NCBI RefSeq assembly: GCF_000400465.1
Contig: NW_008806281.1
Coordinates: 144,001 to 206,000, forward strand
Length of the DNA stretch: 62,000 nucleotides
From: Wallemia ichthyophaga EXF-994
Taxonomy: Eukaryota; Fungi; Basidiomycota
Direction of reading: 5' to 3'
Shown: piece by piece, positions 20,603-33,315 of the stretch
Layout of the letters: each line of letters begins with the position of its first letter
Numbering within the stretch: position 1 is the first letter of the stretch
Notes under the pieces: generated by a model
The model's input: only the letters and a program-made list of their open reading frames with translations
Told to the model about the DNA's origin: nothing
Database searches by the model: none
Translations under genes and position numbers: made by a program

Positions 20603-21352
20603 ATGAACAATGCAGACAGTCTCCTACACCAATCCAAAGAGCCACGACAATATCGTCTGAACATCCTCCAGCAGCCCCGCGTAGCTAGGATGTCTTCCTT
20701 TAGCGAGAAGAGGCCGGTTGATCCACCTGCGATTATTCAGCTAGAGGTGTATGATAGCGCGGGTAGACTAGATGAGGAGTAAATTGTGATTTAGAATTAC
20801 AAGTATCTTTATTCACACCGTTTACAGCGCGCTAAGATCGCCGTTCTGGGTACTACACGTTCTTCTCGCAGACAACGACACACTCCCCAAACCCCAGTCA
20901 CAGATATTGCAAGGCTCATTAACATCCTCTGCACACTACTGCCGTCTATCCAACCACGACACTGATGGCTATGGATGTTTTTTCTATTTCAGGTACGTCA
21001 TCAGATTATATCTAATCTAATCTCATTGAGGCACTTAACGTACTCCCAGCGACCTCACTCTCACTATGGAAGGCGCTTATCGTCTCAAATTCCTTCTCAC
21101 AACCGTCTGCTCTCAGGATAATTCCCCACAGCCTGTGCTGAGCCATGTCGTCACTAACCCGTTCACCGTGTACACTGCTAAGAAGTTTCCTGGTATGGCG
21201 CGTAAGTTGGGTTGTTTATCTGGCTTTCTCCTTTTAATTACCACACAGCTTCTTCTCATCTCGCTAAATCACTCGCGGCGCAAGGTGTCAAAATACCCAT
21301 CAGAAATGAAGAGCGAAAACGAAATCAGAACAGAGAAGAAGAGCTTAATTGA
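20603..21352 (+). CDS. Velvet-domain protein (small), 3 introns
   Basis: YRLNILQQPRVARMSSFSEKRPVDPPAIIQL, LQGSLTSS, FYF|SDLTLTMEGAYRLKF, TNPFTVYTAKKFPGM, LAAQGVKIPIR. Confidence 0.88.
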
Positions 21353-21400
21353 TCAACCTTAGGTTAATAAACAACACCACATGCATCCGTATCACTAAAT

Positions 21401-22810
21401 TCAACTCTTGCCGAAGAAGCTCGAAATAGAGCGCAGCGTGGACGGTTTATCGAATCCGCCGTCGTTAGAGGGGGCGTGTGAGTGGGCATGTGAGTTTAAT
21501 TGTGAGTGTGACTGTTGCGTTAGCGTTGGCGTCGTACTATCAGCATTCCTTGCGCTGCTCTGCTGTCTACCAAACAACCACGATGCATTTGTTTTGTGAG
21601 CAGTATCTGTAGGCGTAGGCACATCCTCATCTGTAGGCAGCGGCGGTAATTTCAACCCACTCGGCTTCTCCTCGCCGGAACTATCCATGAACTCACGCAA
21701 CGCCCGTAGCGCATTCTCACTCGATAACTTACCCTCCTTGATTACATCCACCTCCCGCCTCAGCCTCTGTATCTCGTTGGAAAGATTAGCGTTCTCCATT
21801 TGCACATTAGTCATATCCATCACCTGCGACGATCTGTTAGACGATGCGTTGCTCGACGGTTGTTGTGGGGCTGGTTGAGGGTTGAGGTGTAAGTCTTTGA
21901 GGGATTTTGTTGTGTTGCCATTACCATTGCCATTACCACTGATGCTTGCATTATCCGCTGATACGGACGACAATCTCTTGTGTGACTTGATCGAAGCTCT
22001 CTTCTGTGGTAAAAGGGTGTAAGAGGTATTTCTTTGTATTATAACATATCGACTCACCGAAAGATTGGCTGGCTCGCTTAGTATAAACGACGACCGCTTC
22101 GACTCCGTCTCCTGTCTCCTCCTACTCTTATCCTGCTCTTGCTGCTGCTGCAGTTTCATGACGCCATTCCTGCTCTCCTCAACCCGCGTACGCAATTGTA
22201 CTATTATCTCCTCTGCATCTACTCTTTGCTTCTTTTCTATTTCCAACTCCTGTGCAATTAATTCGCAATCTTCTTTGTATTTCTCGTTACTTGTCATTAG
22301 AGCTACGTTGTCCTCACGCACTTTAGCCAATTCTGAAAGTATCTTTTCTAGGTCGTGCTCTGTGTGCTCTGCTTTCTCTGCGTGCTCTATATCTCTCTCA
22401 GATTCAGGCGGCGTGCGCAGTCCTAGCACTGACATGCGTTTATCGAACTCGTCCACTGTCTTTGCTGGGGGTATGTCCTCCGCATCTTGCTCATTCTCAT
22501 TCCCATTCTCGTTCTCACCCACACCTCCGGTGGTATGATCCTCCATCTTTATGAAATCTTCTTCGGCGTCGTCCCATTTATCGAGCGATTTCGTTTGCGA
22601 TAAGGATAACGAAGGTGATAGCGGTGGTTCTAGGGTGTGTTGATGCTCCTGCTTGTGCTGGTGCGTCAAGGATTGGGTATCATTGGAATCCAGCGTATCC
22701 TGTGTATCCAGCGTATCCAGCGTATCCTGCGTATCCTTCGTATCCTGCATATTCTGAGTATCATTCTCATCAAATCCATACTTCTCCTCTCTTTCTCCCG
22801 ATTCTTGCAT
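21401..22810 (-). CDS. Hypothetical coiled-coil protein
   Basis: Long ORF with heptad-rich E/K segments, a probable in-frame intron at ~22005-22058 and a (DT-x)n repeat. Confidence 0.7.
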   Translation of the reverse strand: MQESGEREEKYGFDENDTQNMQDTKDTQDTLDTLDTQDTLDSNDTQSLTHQHKQEHQHTLEPPLSPSLSLSQTKSLDKWDDAEEDFIKMEDHTTGGVGENENGNENEQDAEDIPPAKTVDEFDKRMSVLGLRTPPESERDIEHAEKAEHTEHDLEKILSELAKVREDNVALMTSNEKYKEDCELIAQELEIEKKQRVDAEEIIVQLRTRVEESRNGVMKLQQQQEQDKSRRRQETESKRSSFILSEPANLSVSRYVIIQRNTSYTLLPQKRASIKSHKRLSSVSADNASISGNGNGNGNTTKSLKDLHLNPQPAPQQPSSNASSNRSSQVMDMTNVQMENANLSNEIQRLRREVDVIKEGKLSSENALRALREFMDSSGEEKPSGLKLPPLPTDEDVPTPTDTAHKTNASWLFGRQQSSARNADSTTPTLTQQSHSQLNSHAHSHAPSNDGGFDKPSTLRSISSFFGKS

Positions 22811-22932
22811 TTTACTTCTATTTGAGTGTGCGTGATGGAGAATCACAGCGCGTTTGGTTCAAAACTTCGAAAGCCATCAAAGCACGCCAGAAATCGAGGC
22901 AGCTGTCAGCACAAATCAACGCACTCAAATAA

Positions 22933-23263
22933 ATGCTCAGCTCCAACGCATTACTTAAAGCGTCTCAATCGTCCTCCTCGGCACACAGCAGCCCGTTGGC
23001 CACGATGAGCAAAGCCACAGCCACATGTGCACCTGTTGTGAGTTATGGCATGTGCTCATATAGACTGACCTACTAATCACTCATTCCCTCCAGGCTAAGG
23101 CTTATGGCGCTTGCGTTGCTTCTTCCTACGAGGACATTTCCAAAGGCGTCTGTTCAAGCGAATTTGAAGCCTTCAAAAACTGCGTCACTAACGCCGTGAG
23201 TGGGAGCATGATTCTCACTCTCCTCTCTTTCTAACCACCTCTCAGATGGGTAGGAAGTGGTAA
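22933..23263 (+). CDS. Small twin-CX9C mitochondrial protein (NDUFAF8-like), 2 introns
   Basis: Spliced: ...MSKATATCAPV|AKAYGACVASSYEDISKGVCSSEFEAFKNCVTNA|MGRKW*; two CX9C motifs; GTGAGT..CAG introns. Confidence 0.8.
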
Positions 23264-23346
23264 TCCTTTCTCTAACCTTTGCATCCATTGTATTCTAATC
23301 TTCTTTCTTCTTTCAAAATGTACATCTTCTCTTTACAACACTATTC

Positions 23347-25170
23347 TCATCTTCTTCCCGCCTTTGACGGTGTCTGGGTATGATGTGTTTTGCTGCTTCG
23401 CGGTGTGTCACTGATCATGATCTTTTTCATCATGGGCGTAAGCCCTGAGCGATCACCTGACAACAGAGACCGCGTTTTTCGTTCATCTGCCAGCGTCTCC
23501 TCGATTCTCCTCCTACGGTTATCGTTGCGCTGTGATGGCGTCATCTGCATTCTCGATGCGCTTGGTGTGTAAGTGCCCCTATTCTTGCTCATCCCACTGC
23601 CTGTCGGCGTCAGTGGCAATGGCTGTGTTTCTTTGCGACTCTTCGCAGGCGCTGTGCGCATCCCATCAATTATCGTCGTCCGTCTAGGTGGTGTCACGTT
23701 CCGACTCTTGCGCGCTGACATTGGTGCAGATAGCTGTTGGTGTTGTTTTGACTGTGGTTTCTTGAACAATTGCTCCTCACTCTCCTGGCGCAGTTTAATC
23801 GCTTTGACGCGTCGAGTGAGCTCATCATCCTCACTACTCTCACTACTTTCACTACTCTCGCTGGCTCTGCTTGCCAAGTTGAAATTAACCTTCTGTTTCG
23901 GTCTTGGTTTCCCTTTCCCCTTGTGGGATGAGCGCGAGGTGAGCGTCTTGCCTATATCTTTGTCGCTTTCCGATGGGTTGCTGTTACTGCTACTACTGCC
24001 ACTGCTACTGCTGCTCAGTGTCATGCTGCGCCTGTCACGCGGACGCATTCTTCTGTCTCTCTTCCTCTTCTCCCTCAGCGCTCTCTGCTTTGCACTGTCA
24101 TCTGTTAGCTCCTCTTCATCACTGCGCCCGTCCATCGCATATTTCTCTTCTTTGTATTTCCAGAAAGCGTCAAAACTGGTGTCGCCATTGTCGTCATTCG
24201 CAGTGCGATACTCGTTCTTCTTCACCGCAGCTGAGTTTTGGTCGTTGTCACTGTCACTGTCGCTTTCATTACTGCTGCTGTAGCTTTGCCAAGCGGATAG
24301 TCTGTCGTGTGGCAAACCCTCATCACTACCGTCCTCGTCCTCGCTCTCACTCGAAGACAATTCGATCGTCTTGATGTGCTTCGTTGCGCCTCTTACTACG
24401 CTGCCATCTGAGCTGGGAGATGTGTTTCCAATTGTATTCTGCGCCATGTTCCTCTGTACTGAAGATCTTCTACGTTTGCTGGTTGTCGATTGACCTGCAC
24501 GAGCTGTAAAGCGGTAATGTCAGAGTCAGAAGTCAAAAAAAGGAAGGAGTCAGTACTCACACCCACCCATACGCATACCCTTTCTCACGCCCGCATTCTC
24601 CTTGTCATCACTACCACTCAAATCATGCCATTCTGCATCGCTCTCTGAGAAATCAATCACCGTCGGCAAGCCCCTGCTTTTTCTATCGCGGTAGTAAGGT
24701 TCGTGATCGGCGTGTAGCTCCCGATCAGCGCGCAGAAACGCATCAAGATCTTCCTGGTCTCTTTGAGAGCGCTGCTGGTGTATTAGTGCCTGGTGCTGCT
24801 CGAGCAGCTCGCGTTCATGCTCGCTATCCTCGTCTGACGCTCCAGAGTCATCTGTCGCATCACCACCGTCTACACCACCGAATACGAGGTTAGAGTCAAG
24901 CCCGCGTATGTGACCGCGGTCCGAAATTAGCTCGCCTGTTAGTATATCCACTTCATCATCTTCTGCTGCATCTATGTTGCCGTATTTCAACGCTAGCATG
25001 TCCCACGTCTCGCCTAGTTTGAGATTAGAGATGTAGCGCTTGAATGTCACCGCGTCATCCCCGTTGTCCTTGTCGTCCCTGTTGTCACCCGCGTTGCCAT
25101 CGTCAGGTGTGAGATGCTGTGGGGGAATATAATCCTTTCCGTTAAATGGACGTGGAAAGTAGGAAGACAT
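23347..25170 (-). CDS. SCM3: Centromeric histone (CENP-A) chaperone Scm3/HJURP-like with long Ser/Asp/Arg-rich tail, 1 intron
   Basis: LKLGETWDMLALKYGNIDAAEDDEVDILTGELISDRGHIRGL matches the Scm3 domain; a phase-1 intron ending at TTACAG (24504) joins ORF 24550-25170 in frame to ORF 23347-24447. Confidence 0.72.
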
Positions 25171-25254
25171 ATAAAAATATAAAATTAAGTCAATTTATAT
25201 CTCTCTTCAATATCACCTCAATGATGGTTGTCCTAAACGTCGAGAGCGCTGAAT

Positions 25255-25641
25255 ATGCCAGGCCCCTCCAGGAGAAGCAGGACAGGCGCGTCTAAAAGAG
25301 ATATCCACAGAGCATCGAGAACCAAAGCCCGCACTAAGGATCTCGACCAGGTCCAGCTACAAGATTTGCTGCCTGAGAATAAAGCAAAATTGGAGAACCA
25401 GCCTCTGGACGAAAGTTTGCCTGGATTAGGACAGCACTACTGCGTTGAATGCGCTAGATACTTTGAATCTGACGTCTCTCTGTCCGCGCACCAAAAGACA
25501 AAAGTTCACAGAAGACGTCTCAAGAATCTCAAGGAACCTGCTTACACCCAGGCTGAGGCAGACGCTGCTGTCGGTTTGGGCGTCGATAAAACTCAACGAA
25601 ACTCAACTAAGCCACAGTCGATTGAAGTTGATCACAATTAG
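25255..25641 (+). CDS. BUD20: Pre-60S zinc-finger factor Bud20/ZNF593
   Basis: LPGLGQHYCVECARYF..H.KTKVHRRRLKNLKEPAYTQAEADAAVG. Confidence 0.92.
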   Translation: MPGPSRRSRTGASKRDIHRASRTKARTKDLDQVQLQDLLPENKAKLENQPLDESLPGLGQHYCVECARYFESDVSLSAHQKTKVHRRRLKNLKEPAYTQAEADAAVGLGVDKTQRNSTKPQSIEVDHN

Positions 25642-25751
25642 CCACGGACCTTGTATCTATCACACAGATTTTATGTATCTATAGATTATTTATGCAAACA
25701 AGAATAAATTGAAAAAGCCCTTAAAAAGAATAATTTCGCCTTTACTCAAAC

Positions 25752-28700
25752 TTAAAGACATGAGTTATCGTAGAAGTTGGTTCCGTGTGTTGTTGGTTTC
25801 ACAACTCCTTGTCTGATAACGAAATCACCGAATCCCTCATTTTCCAGCCTCTCAAGCGCGTACTGCTTGATCAATGGGCTGAGTATGTCTAATATCTCTG
25901 GCTCGGTTACCGACTCCTTGAATGGCTTCGCCAATCGTGTTCCGTCAGATGCTCCACCCAATAACATCAAATATGTTCCAGGAGCCCTACCCACGAATGC
26001 TATTTCTCCCATCCATGGTCGAGAGCATCCGTTTGGACATCCAGACATTCTCATCACTATCATGTCGTTCCTCAATCCATTCTTCTCCATGATATTCTCC
26101 ACCTTTCCAACTAACATAGGCAAGTAACGCTCCGATTCCGCCATTGCTAATCCACAAGTTGGTAACGCAACACACGCTGATGAAGACAATCTCAATCCTG
26201 TATAGGTCAAGATATCTAACTTATACTTGTGAAGCAGGTTCTTTATCTCCTCGAGCTGTGAATCCTCAACATCTGAAATTATCAAATGTTGGTTGGCTGT
26301 GAGACGGAATGTACCCTTGTGAATCTTTGCTATTTCACGCAGCCCGGTCTTGTATTGAAGACCATCGATTTCATCTTGGATACGACCGTTTTCCTAAAGG
26401 ATCCAATTAGCATGTCTAATCTTGCAACACTAATACTCACAATAAACATGGTAAAGTGCCACTTTCCATCCTGACCCTGAGCCCATCCATACCTATCGAT
26501 GTTCGAGTCAAACTTGTATGGACGACTCTCTTCCAATTTGTAACCGAGGTATTCATGGAGCTTGCCAACGAATCCAGGTAATGTCAAGTTGTCGATGGTG
26601 TACTTCAGACGAGCATTCTTGCGGTTCTCACGGTTACCATAGTCGCGTTGAACCAACATGATCTTCTCAGCGACGTCGTTGATCTTGTTTGGTGGCACAA
26701 ATCCAATGACATCACCAAGACGTGGATATGTTTTCTTGTTTGAGTGTGTAACACCCATACCACCACTGTGAGCACTGTTAGCGTTTTCTAAAATCTTGTC
26801 TCAACACTCACCCTATCGCAACGTTGAAACCTTCAAGTTGTTGACTTCTCTCATTTACAATCGCAATGAAACCAACATCATTTGCAAAGACATCAACATC
26901 GTTGTGAGGTGGAATAGCAATAGCGATCTTAAACTTTCTTGGCAGGTAGTATGGAGTGTACAATGGCTCCTGATCGACGACAGATTCACCTGCAATCTTC
27001 TTGCCATCTAACCAAATCTCACGGTATGCTGAGGTCTGCGGCAAGAGGTGATCACTCAGTCCCTTAGCAGCTTCGTGCACAACAGCGTGCAAATGCGAGA
27101 ATGTGGGATTGGCCGATGCCAATACGTTTCTGTTGACATCACCACATGCAGCAATAGTATCCAAGGCTGTCTTATTGATTGCTTGCATTGTTGCCTTCAA
27201 GTTACGCTTGATCACACCGTGGAATTGGAATGTTTGTCTTGTAGTAATCTTCATCGACTTATTGGCATACTCATCACCAATCCTGTCAAATGCCAACCAT
27301 TGTGGACCGTTACAAACACCTGCTGGCATACGCACTCTAATCATGAAACTGTATGCTGGCTCCAGCCCTTCATTCTTTCTATCCTCTCTGATATCACGGT
27401 CATCTTGCATATAGGTACCGTGGAACTTGGTCAATTGTGTATCGGCCTCGGCGATAGCCCCAGTAGACTCATCCTCAAGTCCTTGTTCAATTGTACCGCG
27501 GAGGAAGTTGGATGCAATCTTGATGTGCTCATTTGTAACTGGTTCCGGTTCCTTTTCAGTGACTTCGACATCGTCGACACCTAACGCCTTCCACAGCTTT
27601 GGTTCCCAGATCTTGTAACCCGTCTGTGGACCATCTGGATCTTGGTCGTCACCCAATCCAAGGTCGGCAAAACGTGTAGCGCCAAGCTTCTCAAGACGTG
27701 CATCCAAGTCCTTTCCAGGACGATTGTAGAAGTGTGCATCTTCGATTCTTGGCCAATAGTGAGAGTCACCCATACCAAACACACTGAACTTGACGTCATT
27801 CAATGTCTTGAAAACATCAGCTTGTCCGAGCAAGGTGGCCGTGGTCTTGAAAAAGTTTCTTCCGTTTTGTGGTGGCTCACCCTGACCAGCTGTTGAAGAA
27901 ACAAAGACAACGTTTTTCTCGAGCTTCATATCCTCAAATGGGAAGTCATCCATAGCCAAAACTCTAGCAGCAACTCCGCGCAGCTTAGCGCGAGTAGCGA
28001 TGCGCTTAGCAACCTTCTCAGCGTTACCACCGTCAGAAGCAAACAATACGAGCAATGGTGGACCATCCATGTTACCGAGAAGTGAGTCCAATGCTTGCTG
28101 TGCCTTCTTCTTTTGAGCATCCTTCAAACCTTGTCCCTCTGAGCCAACAAGCTGTGGTGCAAGCTGTGGCTTGGATTGAACAAAGTTAGCTAAATGGTTT
28201 TGGCGATCGAGGAAGCTCTTGAGGTCTTCTTTGATACGCTCAGAGTCGAGTGAGAACATGTTGTTGGTTTCTTTTGCTGGGTTCCAACGGTATAACGGCC
28301 AGTAGCCAACGTCGACAGCTGCCTTTGTATCCTTGAGCATTTGAAGTGGAGTAGATTGCTCTGAAGTGTATGGCAAGTGAGCAAGGACAATAGATGGGCC
28401 ATCATACTTGTCAGCTTCCATCAATGCTTGGAGGACTTGGGTGTATGATGAGTACACGGCAACAGATGCGACGTAAACATCTCCGTAGTTCATTGCATAG
28501 AGACCAACATCCTTCTTGCGCTTTGATGGATCTTGGGCGTTTCTCTGATGGTATGGCAATGAATCAATAAGAAGAACGTTTATGTTCTTTCCAGATGCAA
28601 TAACTAATTGATGTCAGCAAAACTTTCAATCAATACTCGTATTCCAACTTACCATGGTGAAGCCCTGAGAATCCTACATCGTACGACCATGCATCAGATC

Positions 28701-30189
28701 CAATAATCCAACGCGATTGTGAAGTGAGCAAACTGGTATTTTCCAAAACATATCGGACCTTTGGATGAGATGGCTTTTCATTTTTTAAGATTTCAACGGC
28801 TGTGTTTGCAAGTGACTGGCTAACTTTCGAGTCATCTTTCTTAATAAGCCATTTTGAGAAAGCTTCGTGAAGTTGATTCGAAACACTGTTTGAGGAGATT
28901 AACTCAGAGATGGCACTAATGACGGACTCTCTCTTGTTGAGATTAGCGAGAGTAGAACCGAATGCAAACTCTGGTGAAGTAATGTCAAGACCCTCTGATG
29001 GTACTTGATCTGGCGAGTTGACAACAGCCAAGTTTTCACCAAAGATTTGTTCCAAGAGTTGAGTGTATGACTTTTCATGCTTAGGTACGTAAACATCGTA
29101 ATTTGCTTTAGCTGCCTCAGAGAGCTTTCCATAGAGCTGACCGTGCTCTGGTTGGTCCTTGTCGAGGTTGGAGTGAACAGATTCAACCACCGTAGCAATC
29201 TTGTCTTGACTTATAGATCCAATAACACTGGACGAAAGCTTTGGTAATTGCCTGTCTGAGGTGGTGAATGCACTGATCACGTCAACAAAAAGTGGAGCGA
29301 ATTGATCAACCTTTTTGGTAACTTGTTCGAGAACGGCAATACGCTCAACAGATGAAGGAATAAGATCAAGGAGTCGCTGATAGTCCATTGGACGGTAAGT
29401 GGTGAGTGCGAGAACTCCAATAGCAGAGTCTTTGTTGACGGAGTTGAGGAAGGCTGAAGAAGCAGAGCCAAAAGTGATAAATAAAGTGTTAGGATCTGAA
29501 GGACCAGAGTAAAAAGAGGTGCGTTGTGGTCTGCGTGTGGCGATGAGTGCCTGCAAGGCGATAGCATCAAAATTTTCGAGCTGCTTAGCAGACTTGTCTG
29601 ATGGTAAGTGAGAAACGCCATTAATACCGTTAGAAGGAGCTTTATCATTTTGGAGGAAGGTAATGATGTCTTGCTGAGAAATTTCACTAAAGTGGTCAAC
29701 GATGGAGGAATCTTCGAAGATGTGAATGACGGAGGAATTGAGCTGAGCAGCAAGCTTGGAAGCAATGAGAGAATGATCGTGAGCTTCAACTAAAGATGAA
29801 GAGTAGATGATTGGAAGACCGGAAGAGCGGAGGGTGAGTATATCGGAGAGGTCACCGGCTTGTTCAATAGACAAATTGAAGACGATTGGCTCATCGTTGA
29901 GTTGCTTAGTAAGAGTAATAATCTCGTTAATCATGTGTGGGTCTGCAAAGCCAGTGACGGAGACAGGACTTGCGCCATTGAGTGCGTGTCTAACGGCGGT
30001 GTCGATTGGCTGAGCTCTGGAATGGAGAGTGGCAATCACAGGATGATTTACAAGGCCAGTGTCATTTGCCAAAATGGAATATGATTGGTCGAATGAAGAT
30101 GGCTGGTTTGAAGGTGGCAACACAGATACCACTGTCTTCGAACTGAGATAAGTAATTCTACCAACCACCTGTGAAATTAAGGTGGCCAT
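25752..30189 (-). CDS. MET5: Sulfite reductase (NADPH) hemoprotein beta subunit, multi-exon
   Basis: PFOR-like N-terminus, flavodoxin domain ([20 protein letters not shown]), [51 protein letters not shown]. Confidence 0.95.
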
Positions 30190-30539
30190 CTATATACTAA
30201 TTAGCTTTTCCTTTAAATTTCAAGCTTTACTCACTTTTGACTTTGTTGGTCCAAGTTAAAGAAGCGAGTCCGCCAATCTGCATCGATGATGTGCTTCGTA
30301 GTCGTCCACTAAAATTCTTCCGATTACAATTCAGCATTTTATTAAATCTTATTAGCTATCCCGTTGTTAATGTTTTTACACTTAATTCATCTCTCTCCCG
30401 TTCCTTTCCTCATCGGTATCGTCGGTATCGTCGGAATTTTAGTTGTGTTAGCCAAATCCGAATTCAGACGTGTTTCATCAATTGGTACATGTTGCTAATC
30501 TATATTATCCAATCTACACTTTGATACCTCAGTTTAAAC

Positions 30540-31082
30540 TCAGAAACCTTGAAAATTTTATCAGTACTGTTCAATATCTCGATTCCGGCAAACTCACAGC
30601 AGTCACAATCAAATGGACATAAAGCTGTATCGCCACCTTTATCATCATCCATACCAAGCTCATCAAAGGTATACACTGAAAATCCGTCATCGGTCCTTTT
30701 TCCTGTGTATAAACGCGTTAAAAGAGTTTAAGCGTTTAAACCCTGACTCACGCCCACTAGTACCCCTAGAATCAGCAAAGTCGTCTTCTTCCTCGTCTTT
30801 CGGCTGTTTCTTCTGCTTTTCTGGTTTCTTGTCTACAGTACTCGAGCTTGTGTCGACTACAGTAATTGGTGACTGGTCCTCTTTGTCGCCTTTACCAGTA
30901 TTTACATCCTCACTAACTTTCTTTGCTTTCTTCGCCTTCTTCTTTGATGAATTTGAGTTTGGTTTGGACTGCTCTTGCTTCTTCTCATCACCCCGACTTG
31001 TACTACCGCCTGCGAATATATCATCGATCTCATTAGCTTTACGCTTCTTCTCTTGGTCGTTTCCCTTGGCTGACTTGGCCAT
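30540..31082 (-). CDS. DUF1764 family small protein, 2 introns
   Basis: EIDDIFA..DDFADSRG|KRTDDGFSVYTFDELG..GGDTALCPFDCDC|CF*. Confidence 0.82.
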
Positions 31083-31114
31083 TTCACTCTCTGTTATCAA
31101 CGTTTAACGGTAAA

Positions 31115-33185
31115 ATGGATAGGAATAACAGAATCCAAAAATTAACTTCTTCAAGATTCGGTCAGAGAGCTGCAAACCTTGCCAGCTCCGCAGGTACTTA
31201 TATCGCTTCAAAGGACTATCCACAGCTCGCGAAATCCTTTTACTCATCTGCATCACAAAACGCAAGCGATTTACTCGGATACACAAATGATCCTAACACA
31301 GTTATTGAGGGTACTGATACAATCACCGTCTTCCCAGGCTGGGCTGTCGAGAAAGCTGAAGAATCTGTATACAAACTCCAACTCAGCGGCTACGCGTCCT
31401 GTCTGAGAAGCATCGATAAAGCAACACGATCCCAGCGGGCTTTCATGAAGCTCGCAAGATCATTCGCTGCACTTCCCCCTCTCCCCAACACTACTGCTTC
31501 GTCACAGGAGACATTCAGCAGCGTCGAGGAGGAATTGGAGGAGTTAGAGGCAAGCAATATACCCAAATCTGAACAAGAACAGATTCAACTTGAGCTCAAG
31601 GCTGAGTCGGCTCGTACAGGTGGCTCTAATACTGCTCCTGGTCGCTGGAACGAACAGCCCAGAGTTGCGAATATGATGAAGCCTCAGCAACTAGAAAGAC
31701 AACAAGCTAGCGTACCAAGTATACCTCTTGAAAAGTTGCACACTATGCATGCAAATATGAGTGAGTCGCTCTACCACTCCTCAGTATGCCATCTTACGTC
31801 AATCTTCAGATAAGCGTCTGCAGCCATTCTGGTCCTCTATATTACCCAATAGAATCTTGAAACTCAACGTGTATGCTGTTTGGGGTACTCCTGTCGACAG
31901 GACGGTTGACGAAGTGCCCGAAGCTAAACCGGTCGCCACTACACAAGTAAGAACGAATCAACAAGGCCATTTTGAATATGTGTTTAACATAGTGGGTCGG
32001 ATACTAAATTTGTTTAGCTCTTCTTATAATTCACAGAAAATAGACAACATCCGGAGACCTTCTTGGGTTAAAGATCCATATCAAAAGCCCATAGAGCTGA
32101 AAATCCAGGTAGACCTTCTCCCTCAGATGCTTGACTACAGTTTACGCCCAGGCATAGTACCAACTCCTGACTCAGTTGCCGACGTAACAGCCAGTCAGAT
32201 ACTCCATGTAAAGCTGTCTTCCGATCGTGGCATACGAGTGATATCAGACCTCGACGATACAGTCAGGACGACGGAAATTTTCAACGGGGTCAGAGCCATG
32301 TTCCGCAACGTCTTTGTCAACGATGAAAAAGAAATGGTTATACCAGATATCGTCAACTGGTACAATAACATGTATAAGCAGGGCATAGCAGGGTTTCACT
32401 ATGTGTCTAATTCTCCCTATGAGGCATTCTCAGCAATTAACGACTTTTTCAATATTTCTAATCTCCCACATGGTCATTTCAAGCTCAAGTATTATGGCGG
32501 AAAGTCTCTGCTCGGTGGCTTGTGGGAACCGGCTGCGGAGAGGAAACGAGCAGGTGTGATTGAAATATTGAATGAATTCAAACTTTGCCAGTTTATTCTT
32601 GTCGGAGATAGCGGTGAACAGGATTTGGAGCTGTATTCATCTTTGGCGAGAGAGCGACCTAACCAGATACTGGCAGTCTTTATAAGAGACGTGACAACAC
32701 CAAACGACAAAGATATAAGTAAGGAGAGTACAGGGACGTCTTCTGAGGACGTGTTAATACCACCAGTCCCACCACCGCGAAGCACAAAGCCAGATCTACC
32801 ACCTATGTCACATATACCACCTATAGCACCGAAAGAAAACACTTGCCAGACGAAGAAACCCCCGCCACCGCCTGTGCCTCCTAAACCTTCACTCACACCA
32901 CAGACACATTTGGCGCCAAAGCTTCCATCTAGAAGTGAGACAACGCCATCGTCTTCAATTCGGTCGAAGCCATCATCTATCACTCTTCTGGGCAGTGACA
33001 GCGAACCAATAGAGTTTGAAGCTTATGACGCCGCAGAAGCAAAATTAATGAAACGCATTGATAATTTCATGATGAGATTGGAAAAAGCAAAGATGGAGAT
33101 ACCTGCGCAAGTCATCTTTTGCGTATTTAAAGATGCAAGAGAGGTTGAATCTATAACGGAGACCTTACTCGCAGCTCAAAGATAG
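31115..33185 (+). CDS. APP1: Phosphatidate phosphatase App1-like (DUF2183), with intron(s)
   Basis: GIRVISDLDDTVRTT (DxDxT), FHYVSNSP, FILVGDSGEQDLELY, ILAVFIRDV; Pro-rich tail. Confidence 0.85.
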
Positions 33186-33315
33186 ACTTACAACGGTTTT
33201 ATAAGCTAACGACATAACGCACAATTTGTATCTGTAGCAATAATTTATTTAATGTTCTTTGCAATTTATTTGAATGACGAATAAATATAATAATACAATA
33301 GAGCTAAAGGTTCAA

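Noticed and set aside
23573-24374. Long antisense ORFs (e.g. 23573-24283, 16625-17320, 40826-41545)
   Set aside because: They are shadows of low-complexity sense-strand coding sequence (poly-Leu/Ser/Val), with no domain content.
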